From a virus: a stretch of DNA of 64,000 nucleotides. A program made the translations under genes and the position numbers. Shown in pieces: positions 52,388-60,641 of the stretch (position 1 is its first letter; every line of letters starts with the position of its first letter). Location: IMG/VR virus record IMGVR_UViG_3300020036_002522. One strand, written 5' to 3'. The notes below the pieces were generated by a model. The model was given only the letters and a program-made list of their open reading frames with translations. It ran no database searches and was not told where the DNA came from.

Positions 52388-53236
52388 ATGAAAGCATCTA
52401 AAACCTTCCGGCTGCTCCGTGAGAATGGACTGTCGGTTACAGAGGCAGAACGCTTGACAAAGCAGATTTGCAAGCAAAACGACGTACGCATTAAGCTGAC
52501 CGCTGCGCGCGACTGGTCGCGGCTGCTGGAGCCGCTAAACGCTGACATCAAGAACAAGCAGTCCAACATGGCGCGTTGGCGTAAGGATGCACAGTGGGCG
52601 GAGAAGGGGCCGGTATATGAACCGTACCTGACCGTGCTGTTGCGTACCAAGCAAACCATCCAGCAAGCGTACACGCTCAATCTGGACAACCTCACCATAC
52701 CCGAGATCGCCGCTAAGCGGGGGCTGCCGGGCGACGGGCTGCACTGGAGCAACTGGGTGCCGCGAAGAGTGCACTCCGCATTCATGGAGGCGTTCGACGT
52801 ACTGTACGCCAAGATCGAGTGTCGCGGTAAGCGTATCGTCCCGTTCAGTGCGTCGATGGAGCAGAGCGCATCCGATGTGCGGTGGGACAAGCTCATCGCT
52901 TGGCTTGCCAAGGAGCTGTCTGCGCGTACCACGGTCACCATGGAGCACACCGGACGCTACGACGGTGACGCCATCCTCATAGACACGCTCAACGAAGCGC
53001 TAGACGTTGCCTACACTAGGGGCGTGGACGACGTGGCCCCGGTGAATTGGGTGCACTTGCTGCCGCCTGAACGGCAGAAAGAACTGGCCGACTGGCGCGC
53101 GGCAACGCTCAACGGACTGCGCGACCCCGACAAACTACACGCAGCGACCGAAGCCCTGCACGACGCTACCGCTGCCCGCGAGAAAGAGCGCACCGAGAAG
53201 CGCCGGGCAGCGGCCGGCCGTGCGCACCACTCATAG
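52388..53236 (+). CDS. hypothetical early protein (282 aa)
   Basis: The ATG at 52388 follows TAAGGAG. The longer track start (52286) lacks an RBS and would run through the palindrome. Confidence 0.55.
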   Translation: MKASKTFRLLRENGLSVTEAERLTKQICKQNDVRIKLTAARDWSRLLEPLNADIKNKQSNMARWRKDAQWAEKGPVYEPYLTVLLRTKQTIQQAYTLNLDNLTIPEIAAKRGLPGDGLHWSNWVPRRVHSAFMEAFDVLYAKIECRGKRIVPFSASMEQSASDVRWDKLIAWLAKELSARTTVTMEHTGRYDGDAILIDTLNEALDVAYTRGVDDVAPVNWVHLLPPERQKELADWRAATLNGLRDPDKLHAATEALHDATAAREKERTEKRRAAAGRAHHS

Positions 53237-53252
53237 TCCCGCACCGAACACA

Positions 53253-53271
53253 TGCAGACAAAATGTCTGCA
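53253..53271. promoter_or_regulatory. palindrome copy 5 (spacer AAA), intergenic
   Basis: TGCAGACAAAATGTCTGCA, flanked by direct ACCGAAC repeats. It lies 53 nt upstream of ATG 53325. Confidence 0.7.
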
Positions 53272-53324
53272 TACCGAACCCCGCCGCCTGTCGGTTACAG
53301 GCAAACAACGTAAGGAGTGCCATC

Positions 53325-53672
53325 ATGGCCAAAACAAACACAACACCGCTTCCCGCAGAAGTCACCGACGCCTGCATCCGGTTTTTCAAACTGGTGGCGA
53401 CACACAAGCCCGCCATCCTGAACGTACCCGATGCGGAGCCCTTCCTGCGCCTGATCAACAGCATGGATGTGCTGGACTTCAAGATACCCCTATTGACGCT
53501 CGACACCGCGCACGAGTACATCCGGGCCCGTGAGCAGCAGTTCACCGAGCGCGAGAACAAGCTGCGCGAACGTGAGGCCGGCATCGTGCTGTGGCAGAAA
53601 CAGTTGGACGCGGAGTGCAAAGCGATCTCCAAGCAGGTGCTGTCTCTCCCCAAGCTGCGGATGAAGGAGTAA
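53325..53672 (+). CDS. hypothetical early protein
   Basis: The ATG at 53325 follows TAAGGAG. 115 aa. Confidence 0.55.
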   Translation: MAKTNTTPLPAEVTDACIRFFKLVATHKPAILNVPDAEPFLRLINSMDVLDFKIPLLTLDTAHEYIRAREQQFTERENKLREREAGIVLWQKQLDAECKAISKQVLSLPKLRMKE

Positions 53673-53676
53673 CACA

Positions 53677-53880
53677 ATGATCACACTCACGAAACCACAA
53701 CGCAAAGCGCTCCACAAGGTGTGGCTGCGCACATGTGCCACGCTGCCAGCCCCAGCGTACCAGTCATACCGGCCCTATCGCGCTTTCCGACGCACGGTGC
53801 AGCACGGGCCCGGATGTGTCATGGTGCAGTTTGCCGGGATGTGGCTGGGCATCGAGCCCGACGGCTACACCCATAGCTGA
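53677..53880 (+). CDS. hypothetical small protein
   Basis: 67 aa, with AAGGAG upstream. It ends GMWLGIEPDGYTHS. Confidence 0.55.
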   Translation: MITLTKPQRKALHKVWLRTCATLPAPAYQSYRPYRAFRRTVQHGPGCVMVQFAGMWLGIEPDGYTHS

Positions 53881-53882
53881 CC

Positions 53883-54197
53883 ATGCAAGGCAACGGCAAC
53901 GGCGACGGCGGCTACGGCGGCTACGGCGGCTACGGCTACGGCTACGGCAACGGCAACGGCGACGGCTACGGCAACGGCAACGGCTACGGCAACGGCAACG
54001 GCTACGGCAACGGCTACGGCAACGGCTACGGCTACGGCAACGGCGACGGCAGCGGCTACGGCGACGGCGACGGCAACGGCGGCTACGGCAACGGCAATCC
54101 CCCACGCTGCCTCACCTACGACGCACCCGTAGACCCCTTGCCAGCCCTCTTCTTGATAACGTATTTTTTGAATCCGCCACTGGTCGGCCACCAGTAA
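53883..54197 (+). CDS. Gly/Tyr/Asn-repeat protein, paralogue 1 (104 aa)
   Basis: The frame is supported by the synonymous-difference pattern against paralogue 2 in the tail GNPPRCLTYDAPVDPLPALFLI. The ATG lies 2 nt after the upstream stop. Confidence 0.65.
   Translation: MQGNGNGDGGYGGYGGYGYGYGNGNGDGYGNGNGYGNGNGYGNGYGNGYGYGNGDGSGYGDGDGNGGYGNGNPPRCLTYDAPVDPLPALFLITYFLNPPLVGHQ
53889..54092 (+). repeat. degenerate GGCTACGGC/GGCAACGGC/GGCGACGGC microsatellite-like tract
   Basis: ~200 bp of 3- and 9-nt periodic repeats encoding the GYG/GNG/GDG units. All three frames on both strands are open here. Confidence 0.8.
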
Positions 54198-54212
54198 CTT
54201 AGGAGAACCACA

Positions 54213-54473
54213 ATGTCAAAAGTAATAAACCACAACAAACGCATCGTAGTCCTGCAAGCGGGTTGGGTGTTCATCGGCAACTACCACGCCGCAACCGATA
54301 CGAAACCCGCGTACATCACCGACGCATACAACATCCGAAAGTGGGGCACAACCACAGGCCTTGGCGAAATCGCGCTCAACGGACCCACTAAAGACACCGT
54401 GCTGGACCCTTGCGGTATCGTCCTGCTTGATACGCCCGCCAACGTCCTGTTTACCATCCCTTGCGAGCAGTAG
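54213..54473 (+). CDS. hypothetical protein
   Basis: 86 aa, with AGGAG upstream. It lies between the two GY paralogues. Confidence 0.55.
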   Translation: MSKVINHNKRIVVLQAGWVFIGNYHAATDTKPAYITDAYNIRKWGTTTGLGEIALNGPTKDTVLDPCGIVLLDTPANVLFTIPCEQ

Positions 54474-54698
54474 ATGCAAGGCGACGGCAACGGCAACGGC
54501 AACGGCTACGGCTACGGCTACGGCTACGGCGACGGCGGCTACGGCGGCTACGGCTACGGCGACGGCGACGGCAGCGGCTACGGCGACGGCAGCGGCAGCG
54601 GCAGCTACGGCAGCGGCAATCCCCCACGCTGCCTCACCTACGACGCGCCGGCGGACCCACTCCCTTCCCTTTTCGTAATTTCAGGAGCACTGACATGA
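54474..54698 (+). CDS. Gly/Tyr/Asp-repeat protein, paralogue 2 (74 aa)
   Basis: The ATG directly follows the upstream TAG. The first codons are the same (ATGCAAGGC) and the tail GNPPRCLTYDAPADPLPSLFVI is conserved. Confidence 0.65.
   Translation: MQGDGNGNGNGYGYGYGYGDGGYGGYGYGDGDGSGYGDGSGSGSYGSGNPPRCLTYDAPADPLPSLFVISGALT
54480..54614 (+). repeat. second GGCTACGGC/GGCAACGGC/GGCAGCGGC tract
   Basis: Same repeat type as 53889-54092. Confidence 0.8.
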
Positions 54699-54892
54699 GC
54701 AAAATTTCACCACTCACGAAGCAAGAACAGTTGGCACTCGACCGGGAACGGCTGGCCATATTCGTGCGAGAGATCAAGCACTACAAAACGCGCTGGGGCC
54801 TGCAGCCCGATCGCATCGCTTTCCGAGACGCTTGGAAGGCAACCCAATTGCAGACATTTTGTCTGCATCAACCAGAAGGAGTATCGAAATGA
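54695..54892 (+). CDS. hypothetical small protein
   Basis: 65 aa. The ATG at 54695 follows AGGAG and overlaps the GY2 stop. The 3' end carries palindrome copy 6. Confidence 0.5.
   Translation: MSKISPLTKQEQLALDRERLAIFVREIKHYKTRWGLQPDRIAFRDAWKATQLQTFCLHQPEGVSK
54849..54867. promoter_or_regulatory. palindrome copy 6 (spacer TTT), 21 nt upstream of ATG 54889
   Basis: TGCAGACATTTTGTCTGCA. Confidence 0.7.
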
Positions 54893-55257
54893 AAGTCAAA
54901 GTATCAACCGCGTCCGGCCCCGTGCTGGACAGGATGGTGGCGAAGCTCGTTGGGAAGTCCTATGTTAAGGGCGATACCGACTATGCGCCTGACGGCCGCA
55001 TTTATCAGCGCGGCACTGCACAACCAACCGGGCCACACTACTCCACTGACTGGGCACAAGGCGGGCCGATCATTGAGCGGGAGGGCATCTGTTTTGCCTC
55101 TATTCGAAAGGGCAGAAAGATAGCCGGGTGGCGGGCGGCATATAGAAAGGACGGCGTATTCGGATTCGACAGTTCTACCACACTGATCGCAGCGTGCAGA
55201 TGCTTCGTGACATCGAAATTGGGTGATGAAGTCGAGGTGCCTGATGAACTCGCCTAA
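54889..55257 (+). CDS. DUF2591/NinX-like protein
   Basis: MKVKVSTASGPVLDRMVAKLVGKS recalls the NinX-type N-terminus (..L.G.ALD.AVA.A.G). GAAGGAG lies upstream, with ATGA coupling. Confidence 0.4.
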   Translation: MKVKVSTASGPVLDRMVAKLVGKSYVKGDTDYAPDGRIYQRGTAQPTGPHYSTDWAQGGPIIEREGICFASIRKGRKIAGWRAAYRKDGVFGFDSSTTLIAACRCFVTSKLGDEVEVPDELA

Positions 55258-55555
55258 CCCCACGCAGCCACGCACCGCTCATATCGCCAACAACGCGACG
55301 CTATTTGTCAACCGCAAGGGCCAGATCACACTGGACCCACGCATCGTGTACCGGGAAGGGGCGCCGGTGATCGAGGTACGCACGCGCTACACCCACGGGG
55401 TGGCATCGCAGGGGCCCTTCTACTACATCACGACTACCTACCCGTTGACGGTCATACCCACCACACCCAAGGATCGCAAGGAGTTGCTACGCAACATGGC
55501 CACGCTCCACGCTATGACCTTGGGACACCCACACAAACTAAGGGGAAAGCTATGA
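55244..55555 (+). CDS. hypothetical protein
   Basis: The ATG at 55244 follows GAGGTG. 103 aa. Confidence 0.45.
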   Translation: MNSPNPTQPRTAHIANNATLFVNRKGQITLDPRIVYREGAPVIEVRTRYTHGVASQGPFYYITTTYPLTVIPTTPKDRKELLRNMATLHAMTLGHPHKLRGKL

Positions 55556-56217
55556 CAACCGACGTCGAAGAAAAGACCGTGTTCAAGTTCACCGAACTAA
55601 GCCAACGCGCAAAAGAGAGCGCCATCGGCCGCTACGCCATGCCTGGCTACGACTGGTGGGACGCCACCATCGACGACTACAAGTCCGACCCGGACGTCAA
55701 AGCCAAGGGCTACGACATCGACGAGATTTATTTCTCGGGCTTCAGCTCGCAGGGTGACGGGGCTTGCTGGAAGGGGCGTGTATTCCTGAAGCCGTGGATC
55801 ACCACGCATATGGTGGCGCCCGAGGATGCTGTGAAGCGCGAGATACTGCTGGCGCTGATCGAGGAGGGTTGGATTTCATCGTCTGCCAAGATCACCACGG
55901 CGGGGCGGTACAGCCATAGCTACACGATGTCTATAGACGACATCCCGCAGTACACCGAGGACAACGACGGTGACGGGCTGCTGGCCATAGAGGGGCTGTT
56001 CAAAGATGCGCGTGTCGGAGACCTGTTCGACGCCATCGGCGGGCAGGCCGCGATCGACGCACTGGAGGCAGACATTTTGTCTGCATGCCGGGAGCTGGCC
56101 GACACGATATACAAAGACCTTGAGGACGAGTACGACGGGTACTTTGAAGAGGATGCGTTTGCCGATACCGCCGCGGTGAACGAATGGGAGTTCGACGAGA
56201 ACGGCGTTTTAATCTAG
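55552..56217 (+). CDS. hypothetical acidic protein (221 aa)
   Basis: ATGA coupling. FTELSQRAKESAIGRY...DWWD...FSGFSSQGDGACW...NEWEFDENG recalls a plasmid/phage leading-region family that I cannot name. Confidence 0.5.
   Translation: MTTDVEEKTVFKFTELSQRAKESAIGRYAMPGYDWWDATIDDYKSDPDVKAKGYDIDEIYFSGFSSQGDGACWKGRVFLKPWITTHMVAPEDAVKREILLALIEEGWISSSAKITTAGRYSHSYTMSIDDIPQYTEDNDGDGLLAIEGLFKDARVGDLFDAIGGQAAIDALEADILSACRELADTIYKDLEDEYDGYFEEDAFADTAAVNEWEFDENGVLI
56068..56084. promoter_or_regulatory. palindrome copy 7 (17-bp core), intragenic
   Basis: GCAGACATTTTGTCTGC. Confidence 0.7.
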
Positions 56218-56226
56218 GAGAAAAGT

Positions 56227-56418
56227 ATGGACGCTTTTGAAAACGAAGATGACGTGCGCTGCGCTAGGTGCGGTGCAATACCAGAAGAAATCGTTTGGGA
56301 CTGCGATTTCGATTATGACGGCAACGACCGTGTGCACGAGTACGGCAAGTACGACTGCCAGTGTGGGCACAGCGAGAAGTTCCAGACCAACGATCCTTAT
56401 GCTGGGGACGAAGACTAA
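56227..56418 (+). CDS. small zinc-ribbon-like protein
   Basis: 63 aa. CARCG ... CQCGH, with an acidic tail. AGGAGAA lies upstream. Confidence 0.5.
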   Translation: MDAFENEDDVRCARCGAIPEEIVWDCDFDYDGNDRVHEYGKYDCQCGHSEKFQTNDPYAGDED

Positions 56419-56435
56419 CTTAAAAGGAGCAACAC

Positions 56436-56663
56436 ATGAATGAAGACCTAAACCCCCTGCAACTGTTGGTTGCGCAGCACTACGCCAACGGCATATACGC
56501 CAGCGTGAAGGACACCAACGACGTGGCGCACGTTGACGAACCCCTGTTCACGCGCTTGATCGCGTCTGCTGCCGAGTGCAGCGGGCCCTACGATCTGACC
56601 GGACAGTTGTACCGCGCCCGCGATGCCATCAGTGCGCTGGCCACCATCTTTGAAACCCTTTAA
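56436..56663 (+). CDS. hypothetical small protein
   Basis: 75 aa, with AAGGAG upstream. Confidence 0.5.
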   Translation: MNEDLNPLQLLVAQHYANGIYASVKDTNDVAHVDEPLFTRLIASAAECSGPYDLTGQLYRARDAISALATIFETL

Positions 56664-56675
56664 GGAGAAAACACA

Positions 56676-57569
56676 ATGTTATCAAACACACGCAACCTGC
56701 AACGCGCAAACTCATACGAAGACTGCCTTGATCTTTTCGCCAAGATCAGCAAGCCCCGAGGAAGCGGCTGGAGCGAGAACGAGCGTCCACTGGGCAGCAA
56801 GTACCAGCGCCACTACCGCGTCGAGCGCCGCTACAACGGGGACTGGTTCGACGTCATCCTGTACCACACCACAATGGCACGCTTCTACAAGCCCGAGGCG
56901 GACGGCAGCTACCGGGTGCAGTATTCGTGGGACAGCCGGACAACCAGCAGCCAATTCATGCACCACGTGGTGCATGTCAATCAGGTGGAGATGTACCGTA
57001 CCAAAGACGGAGAACGCAAGGTGCCAATCGGCCCGGGTGAACTGAGCACCGACCTGTGGATAACGCCCCTTGGCACGCTGGATATGGCCCGGAGTCACCA
57101 CTCACAAGTGTACGTACCCAAGGTAAGCGAGGAGTTCAAGGCGTGGCGCAAGGCGTTTCGAGAGAACCTGTCCAATATCTGTTTCCTGTTGGAGCAGACG
57201 GTGCCGGAGGTGATCGCTACCCACACCCCGGATGCAAATGACGGGCACCCGTTCAGAAGTAGCAAGACAAGCACGTGGGAGCTGCGCTATTGGGACGGGG
57301 AGACGCTGCAGGAGAGCGTTATCGAGCACTTGCGCACCATGTATGCACAGGCAACGCGCAGCCTCATGGACAAGCGGGAGTACAAGGCCACGCCCCGCAG
57401 GTATTCATGGAGGCAGAAGGAACTGGCGGATTATGTCGATCCTACTCCACAAGAGGTTACACGTAGCGTGCTGGCCCTGCTGGAGGCGGGTACGTGGGCT
57501 CCGAAGCGCCACGACGCAGTACCGCTGCCGATGTTTCCCACGGAGCTGCCAAAGAACTGGACACTCTGA
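56676..57569 (+). CDS. hypothetical protein (297 aa)
   Basis: TAAGGAGAA lies upstream. No motif recognised. Confidence 0.55.
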   Translation: MLSNTRNLQRANSYEDCLDLFAKISKPRGSGWSENERPLGSKYQRHYRVERRYNGDWFDVILYHTTMARFYKPEADGSYRVQYSWDSRTTSSQFMHHVVHVNQVEMYRTKDGERKVPIGPGELSTDLWITPLGTLDMARSHHSQVYVPKVSEEFKAWRKAFRENLSNICFLLEQTVPEVIATHTPDANDGHPFRSSKTSTWELRYWDGETLQESVIEHLRTMYAQATRSLMDKREYKATPRRYSWRQKELADYVDPTPQEVTRSVLALLEAGTWAPKRHDAVPLPMFPTELPKNWTL

Positions 57570-57585
57570 TTTTAGGGTGTACACT
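57558..57585 (+). promoter_or_regulatory. sigma70-like promoter TGGACA-N16-TACACT
   Basis: -35 at 57558-57563 and -10 at 57580-57585. Palindrome copy 8 starts 11 nt downstream. Confidence 0.4.
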
Positions 57586-57595
57586 AACACGACGG

Positions 57596-57614
57596 TGCAG
57601 ACATAATGTCTGCA
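57596..57614. promoter_or_regulatory. palindrome copy 8 (spacer TAA), intergenic, 62 nt upstream of ATG 57677
   Basis: TGCAGACATAATGTCTGCA. Confidence 0.7.
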
Positions 57615-57676
57615 CCTGAAAGCCAAGGGTCAGCCGCCCCTATAACAGCGGTCAAACACAACTTAGAGTAAACATT

Positions 57677-58813
57677 ATGACTACTATTGACATCCTGTCC
57701 CACAAGCAAATCTCCAACCTGATCAAGGCTACGGGCCACGAGCAGACCATCCTGATCGAAGGCGAGGCCGGCGTGGGCAAGACCGCTATTGCACACGAGT
57801 TCGCAACTGACCCGTTCTTCGCCAACCATCTGATCGTCAAGCCCATCGACTGCACCCAGTTGAGCGACGGTTCTGTGTGGATGCCGGACATCGACCGTGA
57901 TGCAGGCGTGTCCCGAGAGTTGCCAAACGAGCGGTTCGGAGTGCATAACGCCAACCAGCGCAGCGTGCACGGTAGCGTGCCGATTGTGGTGTGCTTGGAC
58001 GAGATCGCCAAGGCGCGGCAGTTCATTAAAGACGTCTTGGCACCCATCGTCTACGAGCAGCGTATCGGCCAGTACCACATGCCAGAGGGGTCGGTGGTGT
58101 TCGGCTGTACCAACCTGAGCGAAGAGGGTTTGGGCGACGCTATGCAGGCACACTTGCGTAACCGTATCACCATCGTGCGCATGCGCAAGCCAACGCAGAA
58201 GGAGTGGGTCAACGACTTCGCCATCCCCAAGAAGCTGAGCCCTGAGTTGATCGCTGCCACGGAGATGTTCCCCCAAATCTTCGATTCCTTCCTCGACTAC
58301 GAGCCGGGCGGCAAGTTCGAGGGCAAGTCCATCGGCAAGCACAACGCATGGATCGCCAACCCCAAGGACGCAGGCCAAGGGCAGGTGGTGACGCCGCGCT
58401 CGCTGCACAGCGCATCGAAGATCATCAACAACAGCAAGCGTGCCGGTACCGTAGATGATCAGACGCTGCAAGCCGCGCTCAATGGTACCGTGGGGCCAGC
58501 GTTCGGTAGCGAGCTGACATCGTTTATCCGCTTCGGGCGTGACATCCCGTCGTTCGAGCGCGTTGTCAAGGACCCCGCTGGTTGCCCGATGCCGGAGTCC
58601 CCCGTTGCGCAAATTGTCCAGACGTTCCAGCTCATCACCCAGACCAGCAACTACGAGCAGGCCGAAGCCGTGACCGAGTACGTGGCGCGTCGCAAGGGCG
58701 AGATGCAGTCCCTGTTCATCAGCAGCATCGCCAACAGCAGCGCCATCAGCATGTTCGCGACGTCGAAAATCTTCGGAAAATTATTGGGCGAGAACCGCAA
58801 GTTCTTTAACTAA
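57677..58813 (+). CDS. AAA+ ATPase (MoxR/CobS-like)
   Basis: 378 aa. Walker A IEGEAGVGKTAIA, Walker B IVVCLDEIAKA. Confidence 0.7.
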   Translation: MTTIDILSHKQISNLIKATGHEQTILIEGEAGVGKTAIAHEFATDPFFANHLIVKPIDCTQLSDGSVWMPDIDRDAGVSRELPNERFGVHNANQRSVHGSVPIVVCLDEIAKARQFIKDVLAPIVYEQRIGQYHMPEGSVVFGCTNLSEEGLGDAMQAHLRNRITIVRMRKPTQKEWVNDFAIPKKLSPELIAATEMFPQIFDSFLDYEPGGKFEGKSIGKHNAWIANPKDAGQGQVVTPRSLHSASKIINNSKRAGTVDDQTLQAALNGTVGPAFGSELTSFIRFGRDIPSFERVVKDPAGCPMPESPVAQIVQTFQLITQTSNYEQAEAVTEYVARRKGEMQSLFISSIANSSAISMFATSKIFGKLLGENRKFFN

Positions 58814-58824
58814 GGAGAAAACAC

Positions 58825-60084
58825 ATGGCTTGGAAAGATTTGACCCCGCGCGAGCGGATCACTGCTGCGTCGTTCGACATCATGCGCGACGACGAGTTCT
58901 GCCTTATGGGTGGGGCTACACAAATCGGCAAGGTGGAGATGGTGGGTGACGACGTGATGCCTACTGCCGGCACCGATGGCCGCGACGTGTTCTACAACAC
59001 GGACTTCGTTACGGGCTTGACGCGCAAGATGGTGCGCATGTTAGTTGCGCATGAAACACTACACAAGATGCTCATGCATTGCGTGGAGTACACGTCCATT
59101 GTCGAGAAACACCCTGACGCGTCCAACATGGCGATGGATCACGTGGTCAACCTGATGATCGAGGACTTGGACGCCGGGCGCGGGTTCATCGAATGGATTG
59201 TGGAGCCACCACCACTCATGGATGCCAAGTACCGTGGCATGTCGTTCCTCGAAGTTCTGCAGGACCTGTTGAAGAACCCCCCACCGCAGCAGCCGCAGAA
59301 CGGTAGGCCGCAGGCCGGTGCAGGTAAACCCGGACAGCCCGGCGGTACCTTGGATCAGCACATCCCGGGCAAGAAGCAGGGTATGCCGGGTGCAGACAAA
59401 ATGTCTGCAGAGGAGGTCGACAAACTCAAGCAGGATATGCAGGACGCCAATGCCCAAGGCCAGATCGTGCGCGAGAAGATGCTGGCCAAGAAGCGCGGTG
59501 CAGCCGGTAGCGGCGGGCGTGTCGGTGGGTTCCAAGAGCGGCGCACGGATTGGAAAGGACCGTTGCGCCGGTTCATACAGGACTTGGCCGAGGGTGACGA
59601 GATGTCCCGATTCAGCCCGCCCAACAAGCGCTTGCAACCGCTTGGGATTCTCCTGCCATCACACTACAGTGAGGCAGTGGGCGAGATCATCATAGCCTGC
59701 GACACATCAGGCTCCATGACCGGGGTGTACCCCACGGTGTTCGGTGAGGTGGCGCGCATCTGCCAGCAAGTCAAGCCGGCCAAGGTGCGGATGATCTGGT
59801 GGGATACCAAGATCGCGGGCGAGCAGACGTTCACTGCGCGCGACTACGACAAGATCGCCAAGCAGCTGAAACCTGCCGGGGGTGGGGGCACCACGGTGTC
59901 GTGTGTAGCGGAGCACATCAAGGCCAAGAAGATCAAGGCCCGGTGCATCATCATGCTGACCGACGGGTATATCGAGCACCAGTACAGCATGGCGCCCATC
60001 CCGCATCTATGGGGTATCGTCGACAACACCGGCTTCAAGCCGCTCAAGGGCAAGAAGATCGACATCCAGTCGGTGGGGCTATGA
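58825..60084 (+). CDS. VWA-domain protein with N-terminal HExxH metallopeptidase-like domain (DUF2201-like)
   Basis: 419 aa. LVAHETLHKMLMH (HExxH), and the MIDAS motif IIACDTSGSMTG (DxSxS). It is paired with the upstream AAA+ gene. Confidence 0.7.
   Translation: MAWKDLTPRERITAASFDIMRDDEFCLMGGATQIGKVEMVGDDVMPTAGTDGRDVFYNTDFVTGLTRKMVRMLVAHETLHKMLMHCVEYTSIVEKHPDASNMAMDHVVNLMIEDLDAGRGFIEWIVEPPPLMDAKYRGMSFLEVLQDLLKNPPPQQPQNGRPQAGAGKPGQPGGTLDQHIPGKKQGMPGADKMSAEEVDKLKQDMQDANAQGQIVREKMLAKKRGAAGSGGRVGGFQERRTDWKGPLRRFIQDLAEGDEMSRFSPPNKRLQPLGILLPSHYSEAVGEIIIACDTSGSMTGVYPTVFGEVARICQQVKPAKVRMIWWDTKIAGEQTFTARDYDKIAKQLKPAGGGGTTVSCVAEHIKAKKIKARCIIMLTDGYIEHQYSMAPIPHLWGIVDNTGFKPLKGKKIDIQSVGL
59391..59409. promoter_or_regulatory. 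palindrome copy 9 (spacer AAA), intragenic
   Basis: TGCAGACAAAATGTCTGCA inside the VWA gene, followed by GAGGAGG. Confidence 0.7.
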
Positions 60085-60326
60085 GAATCGGCTGGATCAA
60101 CATACCCCCGCACCTGCAGCTGCTGCATGAGTACAACTTCATATTAGGTAGCGTCGCAAACCTGTATATGTTTGGGCGGGTGTTTAACCCAGAGGTGGGC
60201 GGCACCAGCGAGACGTACATAGCCTATGTTGTGGACATGCCGGAGGGTGCGGATATGGAGCAGCTGCAGTCCAACATGCTGATGATGGCAGAAGCGAGGT
60301 ATAGCAATGGCACTCCCGCCACGTAA
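60081..60326 (+). CDS. hypothetical protein
   Basis: The ATG at 60081 overlaps the VWA stop (ATGA). 81 aa. Confidence 0.45.
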   Translation: MRIGWINIPPHLQLLHEYNFILGSVANLYMFGRVFNPEVGGTSETYIAYVVDMPEGADMEQLQSNMLMMAEARYSNGTPAT

Positions 60327-60633
60327 ACCCTTCACCCCCAAGCCACACCCCTACGACGCGCTGCGTGACAGTCTCAAGGCGCTCGACAACAGCCTGTTTG
60401 CTGTGAAGCTGTATACCGTCACGCTTAATGGCGTGGAGGTGACGGGGCCTTGGGGCGGCAGCGCTCCGATCACTACATGGAAGCTGGCCAGAATGGGCTT
60501 CCCCGGCAGGCGCTTTGTGCGCTTTGTCTACGACTCAGGGCATACCGTGTATGTCCCTGATGAAAGCAACGAAGAACTGCATCGGCTGGCGCAGGTATTC
60601 GCAGACCTTCTCAACAGCCAATTTCAAAACTAG
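60307..60633 (+). CDS. hypothetical protein
   Basis: 108-aa ORF overlapping the previous gene by 20 nt. Confidence 0.45.
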   Translation: MALPPRKPFTPKPHPYDALRDSLKALDNSLFAVKLYTVTLNGVEVTGPWGGSAPITTWKLARMGFPGRRFVRFVYDSGHTVYVPDESNEELHRLAQVFADLLNSQFQN

Positions 60634-60641
60634 GAAACATC

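Noticed and set aside
52225-52950. 241-aa minus-strand ORF starting in the AT-rich island
   Set aside because: It is antisense to a plus-strand gene with a strong TAAGGAG RBS. It is Ser/Leu/Arg/Cys-rich and has no RBS.
53735-54202. Arg-rich (RQRLRQ...) and Ala/Val or Ala/Thr frames across the GGCTACGGC repeats, on both strands; likewise 54361-54892
   Set aside because: All frames are open only because of the 3-nt periodic repeat. The synonymous-difference pattern between the two paralogous tails supports the Gly/Tyr frame only.
53889-54614. Tandem short repeats as a possible CRISPR array (also 62096-62340)
   Set aside because: The units are 9-15 bp with no unique spacers between them, and they lie inside coding frames. 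This is not CRISPR architecture.
57584-58612. 342-aa minus-strand ORF opposite the AAA+ ATPase gene
   Set aside because: The plus frame carries clear Walker A and B motifs. The minus frame has shadow-ORF composition and runs against the orientation of the whole arm.
51261-59409. The palindrome core as a restriction-type site (GACNNNNNGTC lies inside it)
   Set aside because: The conserved element is much longer (17-19 bp) than the embedded interrupted hexamer. Clustering in one arm fits regulation better than restriction-site logic.
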